In this document: positions 26,604 through 41,160 of the stretch, piece after piece
How the letters are laid out: every line of letters starts with the position of its first letter
How positions within the stretch are numbered: the first letter of the stretch is position 1
NCBI GenBank assembly: GCA_964016885.1
Contig: OZ024743.1
Coordinates: 59,272,001-59,336,000, forward strand
Direction of reading: 5' to 3'
Source of the DNA: Eledone cirrhosa
Lineage: Eukaryota
Length of the DNA stretch: 64,000 nt
Position numbers and translations under genes: made by a program
Notes under the pieces: model-generated
Databases searched by the model: none
What the model saw: the letters and a program-made list of their open reading frames with translations, nothing else
Told to the model about the DNA's origin: nothing

Positions 26604-27644
26604 AAGGAAAAGCGAAGAAGTAGTTTCAGATGTTCAAGTCCTTTAATAATAATTGTTTCTACTTTAGGCACAAGGCCAGCAATTTCCCAGTGCATTACTG
26701 GTACTTTATTTTATCGACCCCGTAAGGATGAAACGCAAAATGCTGTGATATATATTTCAATGGCGACACTGGCCACACTGTTCTGTGTGCGAGTGTCGTG
26801 ACACTATGTGGATAGAGTAACTGTGACATTAGAACCCCTCTCAGAAATTCTTACTTAAACATCTCTCTCCATATTATTTACCCACTTCAATCTATATTTT
26901 TTTACTCACCTCAATCCGGATTCTCACTTGAACATTTTTTTAATTTCTAATTGTTAATTTTTTAATCGTTTAATTTATAATTTCTGATATTTGATTTAGG
27001 ATTTTAATTTTTATTTCCAACTCTCACTCTTAACTTCCAATGTAAAACCATGATACCTAGAATTAAGTTTATTTTCCCTTATGAGTTGATGGTCAGTCGT
27101 ACTGTCCACGCTTGATGAGAGGTAGTATTGTGACCTGTAAAAACTAACACTCTCCCATCTCCTCTGGCTTTCGGCTGACTGCCACAGTCGGGATGGGTAG
27201 CAGTAAACTATGGTACAGGCCTAGGTGGGCCATTGTTTGGCTGAGTGGGTGAACTGACTCAGCGAATTTCGTTGAAATCTGCGGTATTTAACAGTCAACT
27301 TCCTTCGGACATGCGCCTGCGCAGACCGGTGGGGGTGAATTGGTACTCACAGGGGAACGGATGAAGAACCCGAAAGCACACACTTTATCCGTTCCCATGT
27401 CGATTCAATTTGGATTGCCTCGGAAACATAACCTTATTATGTAACAAGCTGTCTGATGATGTCACGACACTCGCACACAGAACAGTGTGGCCACTGTCGT
27501 CATTGAAATATATATCACAGCATTATTATTAAAGGACTTGAACATCTGAAACTACTTCGATTTTCCTTATTCGATATTTACTCCGTCACTCCTATGTGGA
27601 ATAAGTACGTTGAGTGCTTGAATTGAATTGCATCAATCTTTACC

Positions 27645-27650
<6 letters not shown>
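26600..27650 (+). mobile_element. ~1-kb non-coding PLE-like element with inverted 5' partial pLTR (26600-26803 mirrors 27460-27572), SINE fragment inserted in the left arm
   Basis: aataaggaaaa..agtagtttcagatgttcaagtcctttaataataat and tgctgtgatatatatttcaatg..gtcgtgaca mirrored at right; TA runs on both sides. Confidence 0.8.
27448..27521 (+). ncRNA. Type-I HHR, canonical core
   Basis: gctgt-CTGATGA-tg..acgaca..cacac..gtgtg..tgtcgt..-GAAA-tatata-TC-acagc. Confidence 0.82.
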
Positions 27651-27720
<70 letters not shown>

Positions 27721-27819
27721 TTTATGCTGGGTTCAATTGTGTGTAACCACAGTAAGGAAGGTACTCAATACATAGCATTCGGGAGAAACCCGAGCTTCAT
27801 ATATATATATATATGCATG

Positions 27820-27879
<60 letters not shown>

Positions 27880-27882
<3 letters not shown>

Positions 27883-29204
27883 GGTGGGGCATAATGGGGC
27901 ATAAAAACTGTTACAAAATAAAATGCAAGTAGTTCTTGAAAAAAACATTTATTTCAAGATCTGACTTCAACAAATAGTAAGTAATATACTATTAAACAAC
28001 TGCACACAAATTTATTCGAAATGCTTTCCTCTAACTCTCACCAACACCAACGCTGGAAGTCTTCTCGGAAAGTCTTCAACGACTGCACGAACAGTTTCCA
28101 TGGGTATTTTCTCCCATACTTTATTCAGTTTTGATTTTAGAGTTTCAATATTTTGGCTAGGAGTAGAGCAGGTTTCACTCTCAAGAACTGACCATAAAGA
28201 AAAATTGAGAGGGTTGAGATCTGGCGATGTGGGAGGCCACTCTTCCTTACTGATCCATGCAGGACAATGGTCTCTACACCACTGTTGTGTTATGCAAGCA
28301 GTGTGGCTCGTCGCTCCATCTTGTTGGAGAGTCCAAATGTCATCGCCATAAACATATATGCACCATGGCATCAGTGCTCCTTCCAAAATATCCTTTATGC
28401 AAAGTTCTTTGTTAACTTTAACTCCTTGAGGAACAAAAATCAGAGGAGACTTACCTCTTTCAGAAATGGCTGCCCAAATCATCACTGATGCTGGTTTCTG
28501 TGTTCTGAACACTTTTCCTACACTTGAAGGAATTGATTTGATAATTTTTGCAAGTAATCGATCATTTTGATGATCGTGAGACTGATGCACAGTGAATAAC
28601 TTCTCATCTGTAAAGATGATGTTTTGCAGCGTGCCATCCATGATACAGTTCAATAACAGTTTACTTTTTGAGAGCCTCTTTTCAATTGTGGCTGCAGAAA
28701 GAATCTGCCTCTTTTGGAACTTATAGGGTGACATCCCTGGATCATCTCGACATATCCTCCGCGTAGTTCTCGGTGTTGTTTCTGCTTCTTCTGCCATTTT
28801 TCTCATTGACCTTCTTGGATTACGCCTGATTTTTTCCCTCACACTTTTAACGAGTTTTTGGTGTTCTTGATGTGCAAGCGCGTCTGGATCGAGGTCTGTC
28901 TTTGATCGAGGAAGTTTCCTTAAATCGATCGATTGTCCTTTTGATCAGCATTCTATTGATCTTAAGAATTTCCCCCAGTTTAAATATCTCGGGTGGAGTC
29001 AGGCCTTTTTCTATTATGAACTTTCTATTATGAACTTTCTTTTCAATTCTAAGGACGTTGCAAATTGTTAATGGAGTAATGTTCTGAAAAATAGTTAATA
29101 TGTTTATAGTGCATGAATTTGATGCAAATATGTTAGTTATATTAGCAACATATGTATTTTTAAATTGATTTAAAAGTTTGTAACAGGAATTATGCCTCAC
29201 CCTG
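27880..29204 (-). mobile_element. Near full-length maT (DD37D, Tc1/mariner) transposon
   Basis: TIRs cagggtg(g/a)ggcataat..ctgttacaaa at both ends, inserted in TA; transposase ORF inside. Confidence 0.92.
28012..29000 (-). pseudogene. DD37D transposase, frameshift near 28845, third catalytic D changed to N
   Basis: DRPRSRR HTH linker; FTDEKLF..QQDGATSH-(37 aa)-SPDLNPLN; WPPTSPDLNP motif. Confidence 0.9.
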
Positions 29205-29269
29205 TATATATATATATATATATATATATATGTAAAAGTTCTATTTAAATTTTGGGATACAACAAGCAA

Positions 29270-29654
29270 ATATTGTTATAACTGATATAAAGCACTCAAC
29301 AAATATTTGGAGTAAAAATACGATATTAACAAATGGAAACTATATTTATAAAACCATATTTATTTCATTATACATATTTCAAGGACACCAAGTTAAATTA
29401 TGGTGTGCTTTCATCAGATAAAATATAATATAGATCAGTTTTATAAATAAATAATGACATACCCTTAAAAAATGCAACCATTACTGTTGGAGCTTCCAAC
29501 AGTAATGGTTGCATTCTTTAAGGGCAAGTCAATATTTATTTATAAAACTGATCTATATTATATTTTATCTGATGAAAGCACACCATAATTTAACTTGGTG
29601 TCCTTGAAATATGTATAATGAAATAAATATGGTTTTATAAATATAGTTTCCATT

Positions 29655-29660
<6 letters not shown>
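29270..29660. repeat. Fold-back element, ~160-bp arms centred at ~29491 (family: 41560-41790, 58270-58630, 60185-60345)
   Basis: aaatggaaactatatttataaaaccatattt..ttactgttgga-gct-tccaacagtaa..aaatatggttttataaatatagtttccattt. Confidence 0.88.
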
Positions 29661-29711
<51 letters not shown>

Positions 29712-29715
29712 TATT

Positions 29716-29807
<92 letters not shown>

Positions 29808-31371
29808 TCACGATAAATTAACGGAAGCATACGCCCACGCTATTCCCTGTAAATAATGTGCTCAAAGGAGAAGACATCCTGAGCTCTTTAAAATAAAATA
29901 TGTTGAAAAGGTAACACACCAGAGAGAGATATACAATGCGCTATCAATAAAACAGGGGAAAAAAACACTAGTGTATGGAATCTATTACCTATGAAAGGCA
30001 GACTATAGACACGATAATTAAAAATATAAATTAAAGCGTAAACAAATACCTCTATAACTATATAACACACGTACAAATCTAAAGATACTAATACAAAGAT
30101 ACTAATCCAAAGATATGTTTCACCAGTAATTTGTTGAAATACATGGTTTAGCCTCGGTTCATCAGCGTGTGTAAGGCTATACATTTCAGACAACACTAAG
30201 ATAATTTTAAAAGTGGCTGTCCAGCTACACGTGGGGGAGAGAAGTCACAGCGTGTTTAAGGGCAATGAACCAGTGGCCTCTGAGATACGAACTGCTAGAA
30301 AGGGCAGCCCAAAGTCACCCAGAGAAGTGTGCTCAACGAAACAGAGATAGGAAAGACTGTTATCAGGAGCAAAATATACCGATAAATTAACGGAGGCATA
30401 GGCCCTTGCTATTCCTTGTAAATAATGTGCTCAAAGGAGAAGAAATCCTGAGCTCTTTAAAATACAATATGTTGAAAAGGTAACACACCAGAGAGATATA
30501 CAGTGCTCTATCAATAAAACAGGGAAAAAACCCACCAGTGTATGGAATCTATAACCTATGAAAGGCAGACTATAGACACGATAATTAAAAATATAAATTA
30601 AAGCGTAAACAAATACCTCTATAACTATATAACACACGTACAAATCCAAAGATACTAATACAAAGATACTAATCCAAAGTTATGTTTCACCAGTAATTTG
30701 TTGAAAGAAATGGGTTAGCCACGTTTCATCAGCGTGTGTAAGGCTATACATTTCAGACAACACTAAGATAATTTTAAAAGTGGCTGTCCAGCTACACGTG
30801 GGAGAGAGAAGTCACGTCGTGTTTAAGGGCAGTGAACCAGTGGCCTCTGAGGTACGAACTGCTAGAAAAAGCAGCCCAAAGCCACTCAGAGAAATGTGCT
30901 CAACGAGACAGACATAGGAAAAACTGTTATTAGGAGCGAAATATCACGATAAATTAACGGAGGCATAGGCCATCGCTATTTCCTATAAATAAAGTGCTCA
31001 AAGGAGAAAAAATCCTGAGCTCTTTAAAATACAATATGTTGAAAAGGTAACACACCAGAGAGAGATCTACAGTGCGCTATCAATAAAACAGGGGGGAAAG
31101 CTACCAGTGTATGGAATCTATAACCTACGAAAGGCAGACTATAGACACGATAATTAAAAATATAAATTAAAGCGTACATAAATACTTCTATAACTATATA
31201 ACACACGTACAAATCCAAAGATACTAATTCAAAGATATGTTTCACCAGTAATTTGTTGAAAGAAGTGGGTTAGCCTCGGTTCATCAGCGTGTGTAAGGCT
31301 ATACATTTGTTCCTGTTTTATTGATAGCGCACTGTATATCTCTCTCTGGTGTGTTATCTTTTCAACATATA

Positions 31372-31372
<1 letters not shown>
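29808..31372 (-). mobile_element. Non-coding tandem array (~568-bp unit, about 2.6 copies) with one HHR per unit: retrozyme-like
   Basis: Units start ~29808, ~30378, ~30944 (cgataaattaacgga..); HHRs at 30065-30172, 30632-30739, 31201-31294; inverted terminal piece ~31310-31372; TA runs on both sides. Confidence 0.88.
30065..30172 (-). ncRNA. Type-I HHR with canonical core and long stem III
   Basis: acacacg-CTGATGA-accg...tggt-GAAA-catatc...gatttg-TA-cgtgtgt; perfect 7-bp stem I in all three copies. Confidence 0.85.
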
Positions 31373-31451
<79 letters not shown>

Positions 31452-31460
31452 TGTATATAT

Positions 31461-31489
<29 letters not shown>

Positions 31490-31492
<3 letters not shown>

Positions 31493-32140
31493 TTCGTTTC
31501 TGAATTTGTTTAACAAGATTCTTTATCTGAAAAGATAAAGAAAAGATGCAATGTTTAGGCAAATTACAGAGGCAGTAAGCATAAAAGAATTACAACCAAA
31601 ATTAAATAGAAAATATGAGTGGAACAGCAACATCACAACTTACAATTAAGGACAAAATGAAAACACACACACACATAGAACAAACAACTTACAATTAAGG
31701 ACAAAATGAAAACACACACAGGACAAAATGAAAACACGCACACACATAGAACAAACAACCAACCAACAATAAATAAATAAATAAATAAACAAATAGATAA
31801 ATGAACACAAACACACACAGACACCCGGATGTGGCGCATGCGCAAACTGAGCACACAACACACACACAGAAACAAAATGGCGTAGGATAGAAGAAAGGAA
31901 AAGCACAGAAACAAAGAAAGGAATCCCCAGTCACTGAAGAGGTCATAGAGTGTGTGACGAAAGGACTATGACTATATATAAACAACTATCTGGTTGTGGA
32001 ACCAACCAACCAACCAGAAATTTATAAGTTTGTAAATTTGTAAATTTATAAATTTATAAATATATAATAAATTGAAGTGAAAGCAACTGGTGCGTGTGTT
32101 TCTTATTGGCAACATGACCCTCCCAAAGTATAACAATATG
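31490..32140 (+). mobile_element. Solo-pLTR-like PLE 3' end with short inverted tail (similar to 40286-41060)
   Basis: EN end (RQITEAVSIKELQPK) + pLTR + HHR; 31490-31530 is the inverted element tail. Confidence 0.85.
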
Positions 32141-32141
32141 C

Positions 32142-32228
<87 letters not shown>

Positions 32229-32649
32229 TATATATATATATACATATATGTATATATACATATATGTATATATATATATATATTGTTATACTTGGGGAGG
32301 GTCATATTTGTATAATATTGCCAGAATTAATAACAGAACACACTCACTGTTTGGTTGGTTTTCGATTTTCGCTTCTGTGTCTTTTATATCGGTAATCTAA
32401 TTTATTCGGTCCTCAATGTTGCCATTGACTGACCAACGGTCAAAAATACAGATACAATATAGACACAAACACCTATATATAGTTTATCAAAGTTCTTTCG
32501 TTGCACATCTGCAACACCGTCAGTGGTGCTATTGTTTCCTCCTGTTGCATTGTATTTTCTAAGCCATCTTTATTTAGTCTGTTTATATATTTATTTATTT
32601 TATAACAATATTTGTTTCGTCACACGATTTCATATCAAAAAGCTCGCGA

Positions 32650-32720
<71 letters not shown>

Positions 32721-32721
32721 G

Positions 32722-32752
<31 letters not shown>

Positions 32753-32755
32753 ATG

Positions 32756-32820
<65 letters not shown>

Positions 32821-33479
32821 GCATATATATATATATATATATATACATGAATATATATATATAGGCTTGATATGTTTGTATAAATTAGCAGTAATACAAA
32901 CATAATGCCATTTTTAAATAAAGAACATTAATTAATACTCTTTCAATAAACGTGTTTTAAATTTCATTAATCTTCTCTATTTTTTGAGTCTCTGTTACTT
33001 CTGGGGAAACGCCAACACATAATCACACACATTCTCATTGTTTCTTAAGATCAATTCAAATTTATCTTGTCTGCATATTTTAAATATTTCTCGTATCACT
33101 TCCACAAGGACAAATGTATCGTCTCTTGTGTATTTCTTACATTCGTGCTGTTTTTATGTAAAAACATTCTGTATCGCGAAAACGTAAATATCGGACAGTA
33201 AAAATCACATAAAATGGACTGAAACAATTTGTTATTGTATGTAATTTCCAGAAACATTGCCGATGAAATGAAAGAAGACAAAATAGTTGCTGCCATGTTG
33301 AATTGTCACCGTGATTCCCCATACGTCATTAATCTTACTGATTAATGAGGTATTGCACGCACACATATACGCACACACACACAAACATAGACACACACAC
33401 ACACACACACAAACATAGACACACACACAACACACACACGCACACGCATACCTACGACTACACACTCACACACACATAT

Positions 33480-34615
33480 ATATAGCTTAAAATACATGAC
33501 AAATCATCATATGCCTTCTTAGCTACTCCGACGTTATTACAAATGGCTCTAGTTTTTGTTGACTTAAGGAAAGCTTTTGGCAGAAAAAACAGAGACTTTC
33601 TGTTTGAAATTCTACCCTTGTATAGCATCCCAGCAAGACCTGTGGAAGTAATTAAGGCTCTGTATCTCAACACAAGTGCCACTATCAGCACCCCTGATGG
33701 CCCAACAGAGTTCTTTGACATCTCAGCAGGAGTGCTGCAGGGTAACACTCTTGCCTCATTTCTCTTTATTATTGCACTAGACTACGCCCGGAGACTCAAC
33801 TGACAAAATCAATACCAAAGGTATAACCATCAAACCATGCATGAGCTCTGGGTACCCCTCTAAACATCTCACTGACCTTGACTTTGTGGATGACATTGTA
33901 CTTCTTGCAGATTACCTAGAAAATGCGCAACAACTTTTGACATCTCTCCAGGAAGCAACCGCCCTCGTTAGCCTTCATCTCAACGATGGTAAAACAGAGT
34001 ACAGATCAAACTGTACAGGCAACAACATCAAAGCAATCAACGGAAGTGATATCATGCAAGTGGAAGATTTCAAATATCTTGGGTCCTGGCTTATGGACTT
34101 TGAGAAGGTTTTGCCACCAGAAAAAGGCCCAAGCATGGTCAGCTTGCAACAAAATGGATGTAGTTTTGTGCTCAAACTTTCCAATCACACCAAAATCAAA
34201 TTCTTCCAAGTAACAATTCAACCAATCTTGCTATATGGAGGTGAAACATGGACGCTTCCAGCCAAACAGCAAAAGCGCCTTGATGGCACCTACACACGCC
34301 TGCTTCAACGCCTTTGGAACATAACCTGGCGGCATCTGCTTTTGAGAGAGAGATATGCCGGCCTCCCATGATATATGTCGTTGTACGTAAAAGGAGAGTA
34401 AGATTTGCTGGCTACTGCCATCGTGCCACCTATGAGGCTGTGTCCCCATTAGCGCTTAGGAAACCACAAGCAGTCACTAATAACAGTTCTCCTATCCTGA
34501 TGTCATCTCCGGACAAACTGGTATTGAAATCCAGGATATTGCAACGGCAATAAACGTGGAGATCAATTTTTAAAGTCGAATTCGGCTGAGCCTGCCGGAT
34601 GATAATGATGATGAT
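33480..34615 (+). pseudogene. RTE-clade LINE 3' portion (RT), second 3' fragment at ~48105-48375
   Basis: FVDLRKAF, GVLQGNTLASFLF, LDFVDDIVLL, FKYLGS, LLYGGETWTL, RLDGTYTRLL; (GAT)n tail. Confidence 0.9.
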
Positions 34616-34749
34616 TAATCATAGCACTTTAATCTCCTATTAACCATCAAGCATCAGCCTTTATAATGATATGTATATGACCTGGTATTGTTGACTTCCG
34701 TTTCAGAGGCTCTATGAAAATTGTGCTTATTTTTTTAATGTTTCCCCTT

Positions 34750-36224
34750 TTTGTAGTGATCTAAAGGATGCATCTTGTAGTATGGGTAAGGGAATATTAT
34801 TTTAATATCAAAAGCATTGTTTTTTTCAGATATGGTATTCGGCTCCGAAAATAAATTTTGCTCGTCATCCAATCGATTTTCTTGGTTGCTCCGCGGGCAT
34901 CGGTTTTATGGTAGCGATCCAGTGCGTGCGGGGTAGGGCACTTCTGGAGCGTAACTGTGTTCGTTTTCGCGGATGCTAAAAGTGGAAGACCAATTTTAGT
35001 GCTGTGTATTAAGCTTTCTATAGTTCCCTTTTTGTCTTAAAGCAGGCATTATGATCTATTTAGTTATATAGTATTAGCCATCTCTCATTGCTGCAGAGTC
35101 CACAATTCCTGGTCCCGTAGGTATAGCGTCTGCATTTTTCTACAATCCTACAACTAATGATTGTTCTTCCTTCACATTACAGACGTAACAAGTGTGTTTT
35201 GTTGTGTTACTTTTCTCTGAGCTGGTTATGTAATACGGACGTGTTAACTTCACTGTTTCATCATTAGGAGGCATGTGCCTCTGTTCCTACAAATGAACCC
35301 GCCTAAGTTAGTTTTTATTTGTTGGTTACTATACGTTGGAGTTAGGCATGCTGCTAAAACTTATCTATTAAGTAGCTTTCTGTTTATATGATTATCGCAT
35401 ACATATTTCTCTATTAGGGCCATGAATTCACTGCTGATGTTTATTTTGACGATCAGTGGGAAATGTCGGTTATTCCAATAACATTTTTGCTTATATTTCT
35501 CTTCTATTGTATCAGTCTAGGCTCTGTAACATATTTTCTATTTAAAATCGCTCGGTTCTAGGACATCATTTCAGAGTTGGCTGATTTGTTAAATATATCT
35601 CAGATAGATGAGATGATGGAACTTTCCCTCGTTATGCTGTTGAGAACTATTGTGTGTAGTAATATCCATCTCTTATCTAGTATAATCTGTCATTCTGTTT
35701 CCTCTAATTCGTTATTTGTTAGGTCTAGATTTATATCTAGGGTATTTACGGCGTTCAAGTTAGCATCTTAAGTGAAATGATCTAAAATATTGTATCCTAT
35801 TATTTCATAATCTCTTGTGGCCATTCTTATTGGTGGCCATAGCTATAGCGGCGTCACTATATAGGCGGAAGCGTAAGGATGGTAAAATTTACCTAAGGTT
35901 TTGTTGATTGTATGAGACAGCTAAATCGCTTACGTCTATTCCACAAAATATACCTCTTAACTATGCTGATTACTGATTTTGATGGATTTTATAAACTACA
36001 TATAAGGCTGGAGGTGAACTTTTCTATACTAACACCTAAATTAGATTAGTTGCTAATTTCTGCAACTGTTGATACCATCTTAGATGATTGGCTTAAATAT
36101 CAGATGCATTTCAAAATACTAATATAAGAAATATGGCATGTGATTACGTAATTCTTTGTGCTTGTTTCGATAACAGGTATGGCTTCTGATGAAAGACGAA
36201 TCAACTTTAAAACCGGTTAAAGCT
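34750..36224. mobile_element. Probable highly decayed PLE remnant, with decayed HHR 36181-36224 (+)
   Basis: Minus-strand Cys clusters (HTCYVC; CRR..NCGLC) and PYYKMHP-like end; ggctt-CTGATGA-aag..ctt-TAAA-accggt-TA-aagct. Confidence 0.45.
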
Positions 36225-36462
36225 GGTAAAGTTACTTATTTTTGCAATTTACAGAGAAATACGTATTTGGCTTGTTTACAAGTGCGTATAATACAAATGC
36301 GAAAATTTATAGATATATTTAAGCAATCTCAGTTACCTCCATTCTGTACATGCAGATTTAATTGTTTCTACATTTGGCACAAGGCCAGCAATTATCCCAG
36401 TGTATAACTGGTGCTTTATTTTATCGACCCCGTAAGCATGAAAGGCAAAGTTAACCTCGTCT

Positions 36463-36514
<52 letters not shown>

Positions 36515-36705
36515 GAAGAGTTGGGGCCCGGCAGCTGAGCTCTTGCTGTTTCATCAGCTAGTTCTAACTAGCTGTTGAAACGGCATGAGTTCAGCCATCG
36601 GGCCGCGCCTCTTTCTAATAATTCTAATATAGTCATATTCTACTATGCTTAGAGTCGAGTACTCCGTTGAATAATGGTCTAACTAGCGTAAACTGGTTCA
36701 ATTTT

Positions 36706-36820
36706 GGCGCGTGGCTCAGTGATTAGAGAATTAGATTCGCAATCGTGAGAATGTGAGTCCTATTCCTGGATCGAGCGATGCCTTATGTCCTTAAGCAAGG
36801 CACTTTATTTGACGTTGTTC
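36706..36820 (+). mobile_element. Second tRNA-derived SINE family head (related copy ~22940-23025)
   Basis: ggcgcgtggctcagtgattaga..gagtcctattcc then tgtccttaagcaaggcacttta (V/CORE-like box). Confidence 0.55.
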
Positions 36821-37285
36821 CTTCTACCTGGAGTTGCGAACGAGAGATATTATTAGCAATTGGCAGCACCAACGGAAAGATTGTTTCCACGGTCCAATTT
36901 GACAAAGGTCGATCGATTGGCCTTATATATATATATATATTGATTGGTTAATTATTTAAGTTTGTTTAATAACAGTCTGGTTGTGTGCTTAATTCAGTAT
37001 GTATATGGAATTTTTTCCATTTCCATAAATTTTGAATTGACCGCCAGAAACCGGGGTTACCTCACTTTGGAGTAACATGTGCCTCACATCGGATTTTGGG
37101 TTAGAACGAAAGCCTGTGGAGAAAGTAAATTCCTTCCAGAAACCTAACTTGTTAACGCCACAAGCGTGTTTTGTTGATTTCGGATTGACAGAAACCTCAC
37201 TTGGTTATTCAGTAATTTCCAAGTGTTGGTCAAGGTATGTTATATATACAGATATGTGCATATATGTATGTATGTGTGTATATTT

Positions 37286-37325
<40 letters not shown>

Positions 37326-37579
37326 ATGTGTGTGTGTGTGTGTGTGTATTTCCTTTTCTCACTAGTCAGTTCTTTCGTTGCTACAGATCACGCGGCTAAA
37401 TTGGCGGTCGCTATTTTCAATTTGCAAAGCCCTTTTAAACTGTATGTTATTACTCTGAGGCCTATTCCTCGTCGAGTGCTTGGCTGCACTGCGGAAGGCA
37501 TTCGTTGGCTTCGCTGCTGATCGAACTTCGAATATGCTGTACTATTGTATATATACATATATATATATACATATATATA

Positions 37580-37940
37580 TTTATTAAAATAACAGATTAA
37601 AGTTTATACCATAAAGTGGTTCTGTCTTTGCGCGTAATTGTTTTTCACCGCTCCTATTAATGACGTGTTATTCGTTTTTTTCCATTCTTTGCCAGCGAAC
37701 GTTACCACGAACCAAAGTATCGTCTTCCTGTCTTCCTCCGGTTGCAACGTTTTTTGAAATATCCAGTTCTGCGTTTACAGATTGACTTTGTTAGTTACAG
37801 AAGATCCCGTTAAGGGTGACAGCAGCGATTCTTTGCTTAAACTTTAATCAGTTATTTTAATAAATATTTGCTCTTTGGTTCTTATATATTTGATATATAT
37901 TTTCCTTATCGAGCCCTCTCTGGATTTTAGTCTTCAATTT
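37580..37940. repeat. pLTR-like family associated with the Naiad 5' fragment at 59.6-60.2 kb (copies 44320-44440, 58660-59030, 60045-60180)
   Basis: Shared ttaaaataacagattaaagtttaagcaaagaatcgctg..tcacccttaacgggatct in both orientations. Confidence 0.8.
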
Positions 37941-37985
37941 TATTATTATTACTATACATATATATATATATACATATATATATAT

Positions 37986-38033
<48 letters not shown>

Positions 38034-38625
38034 TATTGGTAAACGGAATAGAAAATGCTGACAAATTGTTCACAGTTAAAAAATGGTTTAATTAGGAATA
38101 AAAGAGTATTAGTAATTGTATGGGTTAGTATTCAGTTGTGGTTTTAAGTTTTAAAGTTTTTACCGGTTGCGGATTTCTAAATGCTTTTCAAAAATAATTT
38201 TGAGATAGAGTGTCCGTGTTGTTTGCCCTGATCTGATTAGTTTTGGGAATTCTACCTCTTTTTATGTTAAAAAAGTGGCTCCAGCGCTAGTTTGGTGTTG
38301 CAAAAATTCTTGTGGTCAAAACAATTTTGATTGGTCGGTAGAGGTCATGTGAATGTAAAAAATTCATTTTGCGCCAAGACTGTTTTTATGTTAAAAAAGT
38401 GGCTCCAGCGCTACTTGGTGTTTGCAAAAATGCTTGTGGTCAAAACAATTTTGATTGGTCGGTAGAGGTCATGTGAATAAAAAATTGATTTTGCGCCAAG
38501 ACTGAGAAATGACTCTTTCACAACAAATATGTGTGTGTGTGTGTGTGTGTGTGTAGTAGTAGTAGTAAGGTGTTCGATGTTGTGATAATGGTTAGCAGGG
38601 ATGTGTGTCAAATGGCTATTAAGAT

Positions 38626-38718
<93 letters not shown>

Positions 38719-39028
38719 TATATAGCAGAGCAATTCGTGGTAGCAGGGATGGTCAGTACGAATGTGTCGTATATATCCTATAAAAGAGTATATATGCAAC
38801 GTATATGTGTCAGAGTTGAACAAAAAGGTCACGTGGTTGCCTAAACACTGTACGGCGTAAATCAGGCTGTTCGTTTGTTTACAAACGAACAAAGCGAACA
38901 TTATAATAAATGTTCGGTAAACTGATACGTGCATATATATATGTGTGCCTGTATGTATATATATATATATATATATATAAAATAAAGTTAAATAAAAGTC
39001 AAATGATTAAAATTTAGCTTCGTTTATT

Positions 39029-39083
39029 ACTGCTATATATATTTCAGTGACAGCCATCTTTGGCTGTGACCTCTTCAGGCAGT
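39029..39083 (-). ncRNA. Type-I HHR, canonical core
   Basis: actgc-CTGAAGA-ggtcacagcca aaga tggctgtcact-GAAA-tatata-TA-gcagt. Confidence 0.82.
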
Positions 39084-39219
39084 TTGAATTAGTATGGTAT
39101 AGACAAGTACATATGTTGTTTAGGTGTATGATATTGTCAATACTCTGATATGCCCAGTTCCTTGCTGGGTTGTTAATTCACTGGGGAACTGGAGTCATAC
39201 AACCAACATAAACTCAAAA

Positions 39220-39290
<71 letters not shown>

Positions 39291-39398
39291 GCAACTGTAC
39301 GTCTGTATACATATATGTATGTACGTATACATACATACTTACATTTAAGTAAGTGCCGTATTAAGAGTGAGAAATGAAATTTCGTTTCATTCTATTCC

Positions 39399-39461
<63 letters not shown>

Positions 39462-39471
39462 TATATATATA

Positions 39472-39514
<43 letters not shown>

Positions 39515-39541
39515 ATATATATTATATATATATATATATAT

Positions 39542-39575
<34 letters not shown>

Positions 39576-39626
39576 ATATATTATATATATATATATTATA
39601 TATATTATATATATATATATTATATA

Positions 39627-39775
<149 letters not shown>

Positions 39776-40173
39776 TTAATATATGTATTATATTTGAGCA
39801 TGTTAATACAATCACTTAATGAGAGCCCTTTGTTTGCTTAGAATAAATGAACCTTGAATTTTAAGAGTCCCTGCATTTGTATCATTCTATATCACTATGT
39901 ATTTTTCTCTGAATATAGCTTTTTTAAAGAATCCCCATTCTTTAAACCCATCAGCCAATGAACTCCACCCCCAATCACCATCTTCTACTACCAATAGAAA
40001 ATGTCCAAATACCACCACCTTACATTGACAGTCGGCTTTCCTGAAGATTTCTTTCGAATGAAACAGCTATAGTCCTATAGAATCCATTTCTTTAATAAAT
40101 ATTTTATACTAAATATTTATATTCTGCTATGTATTTAGTACTTTACTCACTGTGTTTACTACCAATTGAACCT

Positions 40174-41160
<987 letters not shown>

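Noticed and set aside
29888-30196. Repeated ORF (THADEPRL..) in the tandem array
   Set aside because: Start, stop and frame are not conserved among units; the conserved part is the HHR core
37796-37845. HHR-like AGAAGAtcccgttaagggtGA(C/A)A in the 37.6/58.8/60.1 kb family
   Set aside because: No copy in the window has a complete core and stem I; needs the family consensus
40045-40085. CTGAAGA..GAAA motif; also CTGATGAttGAAA at ~41258
   Set aside because: No convincing stem I pairing, so not counted as HHRs
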